A stretch of 64,000 nucleotides of DNA, taken from an uncultured Gemmatimonadales bacterium. GTDB lineage: Bacteria > Gemmatimonadota > Gemmatimonadetes > Gemmatimonadales > GWC2-71-9. The translations under genes were made by a program, and so were the position numbers. The notes under the pieces were generated by a model. The model was not told the origin of the DNA and made no database searches. It was given only the letters and a program-made list of their open reading frames with translations. Below are positions 1-8,664 of this stretch, piece by piece (within the stretch, counting starts at the first letter, position 1; every line of letters begins with the position of its first letter). The stretch covers positions 128,001-192,000 of the forward strand of contig CAWCFX010000002.1 in the NCBI GenBank assembly GCA_963795085.1, written 5' to 3'.

Positions 1-916
1 TGTTGGTGCGGGAACGGGTCCAGGTATCGCTCCGGTAGTAACCCACGTTCAGCCGGTAGCCGAATTTGCCATCACCCAGGACATTCGCCGTGCGGAAGTC
101 GCCGCGGAGGGTGCTGAGTTCGCCCCCGCTCACGCTCAGTTTGGTGCCGACGACCTCGCGGGCCAGCGGCGTCGTGATGTTGAGCACACCACTGTAGGCG
201 TTGGCCCCGTACAGCGCGCTGCCCGGGCCCCGGATCATCTCCAGCCGGCCGAGGTCTTCCAGCGGAATGGACAACGCGCTCCACTCCTGGGATCCCAGAA
301 ATGGAATGGCAAGATCCCGCCCATCCTGCAGCACCAGGACCCGCCGGTTCAGAGAGGAGTTGAATCCCCGGCTATTGATGTTGAAGTCGTTGACGCCGCT
401 CTGGGCGACATCCACGCCCGGCATGCCGGCCAGCACCCGGGGCGCCTGGCCGGTCGCGGAAAGGTCCCGCGCCAGTGCTGGATCCACGATCGAAATGGCG
501 GCCGGGGCCTCGACCAGCCGCTCAGGCGCGCGGGAGGCGGTGGTGACGATCAGGTCGCTCAGGGGGACCGGAATGGCCTCCAGCGCAAAATTGACGGTGA
601 CCAGCGTACCGGTCACTACGTCCACCTGAACCTCGGTGGCCCGGAACCCGATCCACCGGGCCACCAGGGTTTGCCGGCCCGCCGGGAGGTTGCTCAACCG
701 GTAGGTTCCCTGCCGTCCGGTCACCGCCTGGAGGTTGGTCCCCTTGAGCTGCACCGTGACGCCTTGCAGGGGCGTCTGGTCGTCTTGCCGGGTCACTGTC
801 CCCCGGACTTCACCCGTGGTCTGCGCGATGCCCAGGCCCGGTACGGCCAGGACCAGCCCAGCAAACAGGAGGGCGTTCAGCAGCGTACGAAGGCGGGAAT
901 GGTCCCGGTTCGGCAT
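1..916 (-). CDS. TonB-dependent receptor, N-terminal part (runs off the left edge)
   Basis: Manual minus-strand translation from ATG at 916 (GGAG upstream): signal peptide, carboxypeptidase-regulatory-like domain (GTYRLSNLPAG), plug (VTTASRAPERLVEAPAAISIV...INSRGF...RLEMIRGPGSALYGANAYSGVLNITT). Absent from the ORF track because there is no stop in the window. Confidence 0.9.
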   Translation of the reverse strand, partial: MPNRDHSRLRTLLNALLFAGLVLAVPGLGIAQTTGEVRGTVTRQDDQTPLQGVTVQLKGTNLQAVTGRQGTYRLSNLPAGRQTLVARWIGFRATEVQVDVVTGTLVTVNFALEAIPVPLSDLIVTTASRAPERLVEAPAAISIVDPALARDLSATGQAPRVLAGMPGVDVAQSGVNDFNINSRGFNSSLNRRVLVLQDGRDLAIPFLGSQEWSALSIPLEDLGRLEMIRGPGSALYGANAYSGVLNITTPLAREVVGTKLSVSGGELSTLRGDFRTANVLGDGKFGYRLNVGYYRSDTWTRSRTN

Positions 917-1169
917 AGGATCTCCAGGAATGGCGGGTCAGTCGAGCGGGGAGCAGACGGGAACAATATGGAGTCCCCGCGGTAATCGCGCGAGGGTTTC
1001 CATAGCCCGGCTCCGGTCCCCTGGGAAGAAATCATGAAGAGGGACGCTTGCCCTCTCGCCCCGGTGACCTCATCTTCTCCGGGCGTCCCCCGACCATCTC
1101 CGGTTCTTCCGCGCCCGGCTGGACTCTCCGGCCCCGCGCTGCCGTCTCCTTCATCCCCATGTTTCGCCT

Positions 1170-2663
1170 ATGAGCGCCCTTTCGCGCCGGGTCTTCGTCA
1201 TCTCCGATCTTCACCTGGGCGGGGTGTACCCCAACCCGCCCGGCTCGGGGGCCCGGGGCTTTCGGATCTGTACTCACGCCCCCGATGTCGCCGCGTTCAT
1301 CGGCCGGCTGGCGGCCGAACCCGTCTCCCCGCCGGTGGAACTGGTCATCAACGGCGACCTCGTGGACTTCCTCGCCGAGGCGGACAGCCCCGGCGGATGG
1401 AGCCCGTTCACTGCCGATCCGGACCTGGCCGTCCAGAAGTTCCAGGCAATCGCCGCCCGCGACCAGGTGGTGTTCGACGCGCTGAAGCAGTTCCTCGCCC
1501 GGGGCCACCGGCTGGTGCTGACGCTGGGAAACCATGACCTGGAGCTTTCCTTCCCCGCAGTGCGCCAGGCCCTCCGCGACCTGATCGGCGCGACCGGCGC
1601 CGCGGATTTCGAGTTCTTTCACGACGGTGAGGCCTACCTCGTGGGGGATGCCCTGATTGAGCACGGCAACCGGTACGACGTGTGGAACATGGTGGATTAC
1701 GACGCGCTGCGGCACATCCGGTCGCTGCAGTCCCGGCGGCAGCCGGTCCCCTCGGAACAGCTGTTCCATCCCCCGGCCGGCAGCTTCATGGTGGCCGAGG
1801 TCATCAATCCCATCAAGACGTCCTACGCGTTCATCGACCTGCTCAAGCCGGAAACCGGGGCGACCGTTCCCCTGGTTCTCGCCCTCGAGCCCGGGTACCG
1901 GTCCCTGCTGGCGAAGGCCGCCAAGTTCCGGATCCAGGGCCGGGAACACCGGCTGGCGGGAGCGGCCATGCCGGCCTTCGGGGGCGATATCAGCTCCGGC
2001 ATGAGCGGCTCCACCATGGATTTCGGATCCGATATCTCGGCCTCTCCCGGGAGCGGGGGTAAGGACGAGCTGGACCTGGCGCTGGAGCAGGTGCTGGGTG
2101 CCGACAGCGCCGGGTTCTCCAGTGGCCTGGCCGCCCTGGCGCCGCCCGGAGGGCAGATCGGCAGCGATATCTCCTCCGGCGGCCTGATCGACCGCGGGCT
2201 CAGCCTGCTCCGCCTGCTCACCGCCAAGGCGCACAGCGACAGCGCAGGCCGGCTGCCCCTGCTGCTCACCGCCTTTCAGCCGCTCCTCAAGGACAACTCG
2301 TTCGATCCCGCGACGGAAACGGCGCCCGAGTATATCAACGCGGCCCGCGACCTGGCCCAGCACGGGATCCGGCACGTGGTCTTCGGCCACACCCACATGC
2401 CCAAGCGGATCGGCCTGCCTTCCGGCGGGTGGTACCTCAACAGCGGGACCTGGGCCGATGTGCTGCAGTTCCCCCGGGAGATCCTGTCCGGCACCCGCGA
2501 CGAGGCGCTGGCCAAGCTGCAGGAGTTTACCCAGCTGATGATCAAGGGAGACTTCTCGGAGTGGACCATCTTTCAGCCGACCTACGTGCGGCTCGACGTC
2601 GGGGGCGACGGCGCGGTGGCGAATGCCGAACTCTGCCGCTACACCGAGGCCGGTCCGCTATGA
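1170..2663 (+). CDS. Calcineurin-like metallophosphoesterase with large internal insertion
   Basis: Motifs SDLHLG, NGDLVD, GNHD, EHG, GHTH and YLNSGTW. Confidence 0.88.
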   Translation: MSALSRRVFVISDLHLGGVYPNPPGSGARGFRICTHAPDVAAFIGRLAAEPVSPPVELVINGDLVDFLAEADSPGGWSPFTADPDLAVQKFQAIAARDQVVFDALKQFLARGHRLVLTLGNHDLELSFPAVRQALRDLIGATGAADFEFFHDGEAYLVGDALIEHGNRYDVWNMVDYDALRHIRSLQSRRQPVPSEQLFHPPAGSFMVAEVINPIKTSYAFIDLLKPETGATVPLVLALEPGYRSLLAKAAKFRIQGREHRLAGAAMPAFGGDISSGMSGSTMDFGSDISASPGSGGKDELDLALEQVLGADSAGFSSGLAALAPPGGQIGSDISSGGLIDRGLSLLRLLTAKAHSDSAGRLPLLLTAFQPLLKDNSFDPATETAPEYINAARDLAQHGIRHVVFGHTHMPKRIGLPSGGWYLNSGTWADVLQFPREILSGTRDEALAKLQEFTQLMIKGDFSEWTIFQPTYVRLDVGGDGAVANAELCRYTEAGPL

Positions 2664-5206
2664 ACCGGGAGACCCGGGAGGCGATTGCCCGGATCGAGAT
2701 TGTCGATGCCGCGGGCCAGGTCATCAGCCGGGGAACCGGGACTCTGGTCGGTCCCGGGCTGGTGCTGACCGCGCTCCACGTGGTGGCGGATCGCCGCGCG
2801 GACCCGCCGCAACCGCTGCCCGGCCGGATCCGGCTGGTGTTCCCCACGGGCCAGCGGGATGCCGAGATTCACGGTACCCTGATGGACGCCAGGGCGGACT
2901 GGGTCCTGCTCCGGTGCGAGGAGCTTCCCAATGTTCCGCCGGTGCCGCTGGGCCGGCTCACCCAGGCGGGGGTGGACTGGGAAACCTATGGCTTTCCGGA
3001 TGCCAATCCCCGTGATGGCATGATCCAGACCGGGCGGGTCGAGGCCTGGGATGGAGAACTGGAAGGACAAGCGGCGCTGCAACTCTTCAGCATGGAAGCC
3101 GCCGCGGGCAATGGCGCGCCGGTGAAAGGCCTTTCCGGCGCGCCGGTGTTCGTGAACGAGTTTTTGGTCGGGCACATGCGGTTTGCCCTCATGCAGGACG
3201 GCCGCACCGTGGCCGGCACCCTCTACGCCTGCCCGGTCTCCACGCCGGAGACCGCCAGCGCCGGCCTGCTTGCCGTCGCCAACGTTCCATTCCGCCGCTC
3301 GACGACCACCGCCGTGGTGGAGGAGATGCGGGAAACCGAGCGGGGCACCCGGCGCATCGTCCTCGCGGGCCTGCTGGTGCTGGCGCTGCTGATCGGGGGG
3401 GCCGTCTTCTACTTCTCCCGCCCGCCCCGGCCGCCGAGCCCGGCGATCCGTACCATCGCCGTGCTGCCGCTCCGCAACATGACCGTGGACTCGGGCCGAA
3501 GCGCCGCGCTCGCCGGCGGCATCCGCGCGATGGTGACGACCGAACTGCGCCGCATCAGTTCCCTGCGGGTCATCGATCTGGATAACCTCAACATCGGCAC
3601 CCGGGGCACCGGCGCCACCCAGGGACCGGATCTCGTGGCCGCCGGGGTCACCGCCGAGGCCGCCCTGCAGAGCGAGGTGCTGCTGGAGGGCGGGGAAGTG
3701 AGCATCCGGCTCGCCCTGCTGCAGACCGTGGGGCGCACCAATGCCTGGAGCCAGGTCTGGTCCGACACCTACAAGGTTCATGGCAATACCGCCTTCCAGA
3801 TCCAGCAGGACGTGGCCCGGGAGGTGGTGGCCGAGTTGAGTGCCCGGTTGACCTCGCGGGACAGCCTGATGCTGGCCACCGCCCACACCAGCGACTCGGT
3901 GGCCGCGGAGTTTTTCATCCTGGGCAAGGACCTGCTGCGACGGGCCTACTTCGACGCCGACGCCGCGCGCCGGGCGGCGGTGATGTTCAGCCGCGCGGTG
4001 GACCGGGATCCTGGATTTGCCCTGGCCTATGCCTGGCTCTCCGAGGCGCACTCCCTGCTGCATTTCCTCGGCGCCGACCAGCGGGAGAGCCGGGGCGAGC
4101 AGGCCCTGGCCGCGGCCGACACCGCGCTGGCGCTCAATCCCGACCTCCCCGAGGGTCACCTCGCCCTCGGCGCCTACTACTACCGGGTCCTGAACCTGCC
4201 CGACCAGGCATTGCGCGAACTCAGGACCGCATCCCGGGCCCTGCCCAACAGTGCGTCCGCGCTGCTGCTCACCGGCCTGGTGTACCGGCGGCAGGACAGC
4301 TGGGCGGAGGCCGCGTGCGCGCTGCAGGCTGCGTCCGACCTGGAGCCCGGCAACTGGGGGCCGGCCTACTACGCCGGCGAGACGTTGCTCTTCATCCGGG
4401 ACTACGCCCAGGCGGCGCGGTACCTCGAGCGCGCCATCGCGGACTCCATCGACGCGTCGGGGATGGACCAGCGGGCCCGGGCCTTCGTGGCGCGGGCGCT
4501 GCTCCTGGTGGCCGCCAACGGCGACACTCTCCAAGCGCGTGAGGCGGTGGGGCAGATGTTCACCTGGTTCAGCAAGCCGGCGGTGCTGGCGGCCCTGAGC
4601 CACGACGAGTACCGGCCCCTCCTCGGCCTGGTCGACTCGCCGGTGCTCGATTCGCTGTTCGAAACGACTCCAATCACCGGCGACGGCGATACCACGGACT
4701 ACTTCCTCACCCGGGCCATCCTGGCCCGGCGGGGAAGCCAGCCGCTGATCAGCCGGGGCTTCTACGAGGTCGCGCTGGCCCGGGTGAACCAGGAGATCAC
4801 CCAGAACCCGCTGGCGGTACAGGCCTTCAGCGACCGGGCTGCCGCGCTGATGGGCCTGGGCCGTCACGCCGAGGCGCGCGCGAGCGCGGCCCGCGCGATG
4901 GATCTGCTGAACCACGGCGGGTTGGTCATGGGGTCGCGCACCGCGGCGGGGGTCGCCGTGGAATGGGTGCATCTCCAGACGCTGATCCAGGCCGGCGATC
5001 GGCGGGCCGCCATCGCCAACCTGCGGCATTCCCTGGAGGACCCCGGTATCCTCTCCCCCGATTGGATCCAGGCGGATCCCTCCTTTGCGCCGGTGGTCAG
5101 TGCGCCGGGGTACAAGGAACTCAAACACACCTTCTTTCAGCGTATTTCGTATCCGGTGCTTCGCCATGGGCCCGATCCCCGGGCCGCAGCGTGTCCGGCT
5201 CCCTGA
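2660..5206 (+). CDS. Trypsin-like serine protease - TM - TolB-like - TPR protein
   Basis: ATGA overlap with the upstream stop. Triad motifs TALHVV, ADWVLL and GLSGAPV; TM IVLAGLLVLALLIGGAVFYF; TIAVLPLRNM (TolB-like N-domain of kinase/cyclase receptors); several TPR-like repeats (ALALNPDLPEGHLALG). Confidence 0.85.
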   Translation: MNRETREAIARIEIVDAAGQVISRGTGTLVGPGLVLTALHVVADRRADPPQPLPGRIRLVFPTGQRDAEIHGTLMDARADWVLLRCEELPNVPPVPLGRLTQAGVDWETYGFPDANPRDGMIQTGRVEAWDGELEGQAALQLFSMEAAAGNGAPVKGLSGAPVFVNEFLVGHMRFALMQDGRTVAGTLYACPVSTPETASAGLLAVANVPFRRSTTTAVVEEMRETERGTRRIVLAGLLVLALLIGGAVFYFSRPPRPPSPAIRTIAVLPLRNMTVDSGRSAALAGGIRAMVTTELRRISSLRVIDLDNLNIGTRGTGATQGPDLVAAGVTAEAALQSEVLLEGGEVSIRLALLQTVGRTNAWSQVWSDTYKVHGNTAFQIQQDVAREVVAELSARLTSRDSLMLATAHTSDSVAAEFFILGKDLLRRAYFDADAARRAAVMFSRAVDRDPGFALAYAWLSEAHSLLHFLGADQRESRGEQALAAADTALALNPDLPEGHLALGAYYYRVLNLPDQALRELRTASRALPNSASALLLTGLVYRRQDSWAEAACALQAASDLEPGNWGPAYYAGETLLFIRDYAQAARYLERAIADSIDASGMDQRARAFVARALLLVAANGDTLQAREAVGQMFTWFSKPAVLAALSHDEYRPLLGLVDSPVLDSLFETTPITGDGDTTDYFLTRAILARRGSQPLISRGFYEVALARVNQEITQNPLAVQAFSDRAAALMGLGRHAEARASAARAMDLLNHGGLVMGSRTAAGVAVEWVHLQTLIQAGDRRAAIANLRHSLEDPGILSPDWIQADPSFAPVVSAPGYKELKHTFFQRISYPVLRHGPDPRAAACPAP

Positions 5207-5219
5207 TCCAGGCGGATTT

Positions 5220-8200
5220 ATGGCTCGACTCTCCAACCATCTCGGCGATCTGCAGGATCACTACGCCGTCGTCGTCATCGGTTCCGGATACGGCGCGGCG
5301 ATCACCGCGTCCCGGCTGGCGCGGGCCGGACAGAAGGTCTGCCTGCTGGAACGCGGGAAGGAGTTCCAGCCCGGGGAGTACCCCGATACCGTGATCGAAG
5401 CCGGCGAGGAACTCCAGTCCAACACGCCGCTGGGGCAGGTGGGGTCCCGCAGCGGGTTGTATGAGTTCCACGTGAACGACGACATCAATGTCTTCAAGGG
5501 GTGCGGCCTCGGCGGCACCTCGCTCGTCAATGCCAACGTCGCGCTCCGGGCCGAGGACCGGGTCTTTGAGGACACCCGCTGGCCGGCGGAGTTCCGCCAG
5601 GACCGGGAGGGGCTTGCCGCCGGGTACCGGCATGCGGAGGAGATGCTCAAGCCGGCGCCCTACCCGGAGGACTGGCCGGCCCTGCCCAAGCTCCGCGCCC
5701 AGGAGACCTCGGCGCGCGCCATGAAGGAGCGGATCTACCGGACCCCCATCAACGTGAACTTCACCGTGAATGGCCCCAACCACGTGGGGGTGAACCAGCA
5801 GCCCTGTAACCTGTGCGGCGACTGCGTCACCGGGTGCAATCACGGGGCCAAGAACACCCTGCTCATGAACTACCTGCCGGATGCCGGGAACCACGGCGCC
5901 CACATTTTTACCGAGGTGGACGTGCGTTTCATCGCGCGGGAGGAGACCGGGTGGGTGGTGCACTTCCAGCCGCTCGATACCGGCCGCGAGAAGTTCGAGG
6001 CTCCGACCATGTTCGTCCGCGCCGACATCGTGGTGCTGGGCGCCGGTGCCCTTGGGTCCAGTGAGATCCTGCTCCGGTCGAGGGATCGGGGCCTGGACCT
6101 CTCGCCCGCCCTGGGGGGACGGTTCACCGGCAACGGGGACGTGCTCGCCTTTGGCTACCAGACCAAGGACGTGGTGGAGGGGTGCGGGTTCGGCCACCTC
6201 AACCCCAGCGGGCGGGCACCGGTGGGCCCCTGCATTTCCAGCGTGATCGACATGCGGGAGCAGCCGGTCCTCGACGACGGCATGGTCCTGGAAGAAGGGT
6301 CGATTCCTGGCGCGCTGGCGCCGATCGTGCCGGGGACGCTGGCTTTCTCGTCCACGGTGGCGGGGGCGCCCGAGCGGTCGGGCCTGCTGCAGGCCGTCAA
6401 GCGGTTCGGCGAGAAGGTCGCCAGCCTCGTCGAAGGTGCGCACCACGGGTCGGCCAATCGCACCCAGACCTACCTGGTCATGACTCACGACGATGGGTCG
6501 GGCCAGTTTACGCTGGAAAATGATCGGCTCCGCATCCATTGGCCGGGGGTCGGGTCCCAGCCGATCTTCGCCAAAGTGGAAGCCAGGCTGAAGGCCGCCG
6601 CGGAAGCCCTGGGCGGGATCTACGTCCGGAATCCGACCTGGAGCAAGCTCTCCAAGCACCCGCTGGTGACCGTGCATCCACTGGGCGGGTGCGTCATGGG
6701 CGAGACCGGCGCGGCCGGGGTGGTGAATCACAAGGGCCAGGTCTTCCGCGGCACCGGGACGGAGGTGCATCCCGGCCTGTACGTCAACGATGGCGCGGTG
6801 ATCCCCCGTTCCCTCGGCGTCAATCCTCTGCTGACGATCTCGGCGGTGGCCGAGCGGGCGGTGGCCCTGCTCGCCCGGGACCGGAACTGGACCATCGATT
6901 ATGCCCCCACCTCGGTCCCGGCCGCCACCAACGGACAGCCCCGGACCGGAATTCAGTTCACCGAGACCATGCGGGGCTGGCTCTCCACCCGGGTGCTCGA
7001 TGATTACGCGGAGGCGGCCAAGGCGGGTGAGGCGGAAGGGTCCAGCTTCGCCTTCACCCTTACCATCCGGTCCGACGACCTGGAAGCCATGCTGTCCACG
7101 CCGGAGCACGCCGCCAGCATCGTAGGCACGGTGGACGCTCCGGCGCTCTCGCCCCACCCGCTCACGGTAACCGGGGGAACATTTCAGCTCTTCGCCGCGG
7201 ACCCGGAGCATGTGCGGGGCCGGCGGATGTGGTACCGCATGCGGCTCACCTCGGAGGATGGGCAGCGCTTTGCCTTCGAGGGGTACAAGCTGGTCAACGA
7301 CGATCATGGCCCCGACGTCTGGCGGGACACCAGTACGCTCTATATCACGGTGCGGCGGGGGGAAGGCGAGGATGCCCCGGTCCTGGGGAAGGGGATGCTG
7401 CACATCAAGCCGGCCGATTTCGCGGTCCAGATGACCACGCTCAAGGTGCTCAATGCGCCCGGTCGGCTGGAACGGCTGTCGGCCACCCTGCGATTCGGGA
7501 AGTTTTTTGCCGGCTCGCTCTGGAAGGTGTACGGGTCAGTGCTGGAACGGTCCAGCTGGCTGGCCCCCGACGCGGCACCCCGCAAACGGCGGCCGCTTCG
7601 CCTGGGCCCGCCGGAGGTGCATCCGTTCATGACCGATGACGGCGTGGAGCTGCGGCTCACCCGCTTCAAGGGCGGCACCCGGGGTCCGGTGATTCTCGCT
7701 CCCGGCTTCGGCACCTCCGGGCTGGCCTATACCATCGATACCAACGAGACCAATCTCCCGGAGTTTCTCTACGCGCGGGAGTACGATGTCTGGGTGCTCG
7801 ACTACCGGGCCAGCCCGGAGCTGGCGTCCAGCGCCAACCAGTTCACCGTGGACGACATCGCGACGCTCGACTGGCCCGCCGCGGTAGCCCAGGTGCGCCG
7901 GGTCTCCGGGGCGCCCAGTGTCCAGGTGGTGGGGCATTGCGTGGGCAGTCTCTCCTTCCTGATGGCGATGCTGGCCGGTATGACCGGGGTGCGCGGAGCG
8001 GTCTGTTCGGCGTTGACCCTGTTTCCCATCGCCCCGGCCCTGACCGACGTGAAGGCGGCCATGCGGCTGGCATCCCTGCTCGACGCCGCCGGCGATCATC
8101 TCTGGCAGACCGATGCCGACTCCCACTCCTTCGTGGAGAGGGCCCTGGACAAGTTCATGCGGATCTATCCCAGCCATGAAGGGTGTACCAGTCCGGTGTG

Positions 8201-8609
8201 CCGGCGGATCCTGTTCCTCTACGGCGACGTCTTCCGCCACGCCAACCTCAACGATCCAACCCACGAGGCCATCCACGAGATGTTCGGGCGGGCCAACCTG
8301 ACGACCCTCAAGCACCTGACCCGGATGATCCAGAAAGGTCACGTGGTGGACCGGCTGGGACAGGACGTGTATCTCCCCAACGCCAGCCGGTTGGCCCTCC
8401 CGATTTCCTTCATCCACGGGGACATCAACCACATGTTCCTGCCCGAAGGCAGCGCGAAGACATACGAGTTTCTCCGGGAGAAGAACGGGCCGCAGTGGTA
8501 CACCCGGACGGTGATTCCCGGTTATGCCCACATGGACTGTTTCATCGGGCGGGACGCAGCGAAGGACGTGTACCCGGTCGTGGCACAGGAGCTGGACAAA
8601 CAGAACTGA
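5220..8609 (+). CDS. GMC oxidoreductase (cholesterol oxidase-like) fused to alpha/beta hydrolase
   Basis: FAD motif VVIGSGYGA, GCGLGGTSLVNAN, CNLCGDCVTGC, VTVHPLGGC and GVNPLLTISAVAER; C-terminal hydrolase with DVWVLDYR, GHCVG and GYAHMD. Confidence 0.88.
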   Translation: MARLSNHLGDLQDHYAVVVIGSGYGAAITASRLARAGQKVCLLERGKEFQPGEYPDTVIEAGEELQSNTPLGQVGSRSGLYEFHVNDDINVFKGCGLGGTSLVNANVALRAEDRVFEDTRWPAEFRQDREGLAAGYRHAEEMLKPAPYPEDWPALPKLRAQETSARAMKERIYRTPINVNFTVNGPNHVGVNQQPCNLCGDCVTGCNHGAKNTLLMNYLPDAGNHGAHIFTEVDVRFIAREETGWVVHFQPLDTGREKFEAPTMFVRADIVVLGAGALGSSEILLRSRDRGLDLSPALGGRFTGNGDVLAFGYQTKDVVEGCGFGHLNPSGRAPVGPCISSVIDMREQPVLDDGMVLEEGSIPGALAPIVPGTLAFSSTVAGAPERSGLLQAVKRFGEKVASLVEGAHHGSANRTQTYLVMTHDDGSGQFTLENDRLRIHWPGVGSQPIFAKVEARLKAAAEALGGIYVRNPTWSKLSKHPLVTVHPLGGCVMGETGAAGVVNHKGQVFRGTGTEVHPGLYVNDGAVIPRSLGVNPLLTISAVAERAVALLARDRNWTIDYAPTSVPAATNGQPRTGIQFTETMRGWLSTRVLDDYAEAAKAGEAEGSSFAFTLTIRSDDLEAMLSTPEHAASIVGTVDAPALSPHPLTVTGGTFQLFAADPEHVRGRRMWYRMRLTSEDGQRFAFEGYKLVNDDHGPDVWRDTSTLYITVRRGEGEDAPVLGKGMLHIKPADFAVQMTTLKVLNAPGRLERLSATLRFGKFFAGSLWKVYGSVLERSSWLAPDAAPRKRRPLRLGPPEVHPFMTDDGVELRLTRFKGGTRGPVILAPGFGTSGLAYTIDTNETNLPEFLYAREYDVWVLDYRASPELASSANQFTVDDIATLDWPAAVAQVRRVSGAPSVQVVGHCVGSLSFLMAMLAGMTGVRGAVCSALTLFPIAPALTDVKAAMRLASLLDAAGDHLWQTDADSHSFVERALDKFMRIYPSHEGCTSPVCRRILFLYGDVFRHANLNDPTHEAIHEMFGRANLTTLKHLTRMIQKGHVVDRLGQDVYLPNASRLALPISFIHGDINHMFLPEGSAKTYEFLREKNGPQWYTRTVIPGYAHMDCFIGRDAAKDVYPVVAQELDKQN

Positions 8610-8664
8610 CGCGCCGGCGCCACAGCTTCTGCCATGGGGGGGGCGCGGGTATCTTTCGACCCTC

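Noticed and set aside
2639..7403. Long antisense ORFs (2639-5236, 5121-7403; likewise 58019-60760 and others)
   Set aside because: Shadow frames of well-supported high-GC genes, with no recognisable motifs.
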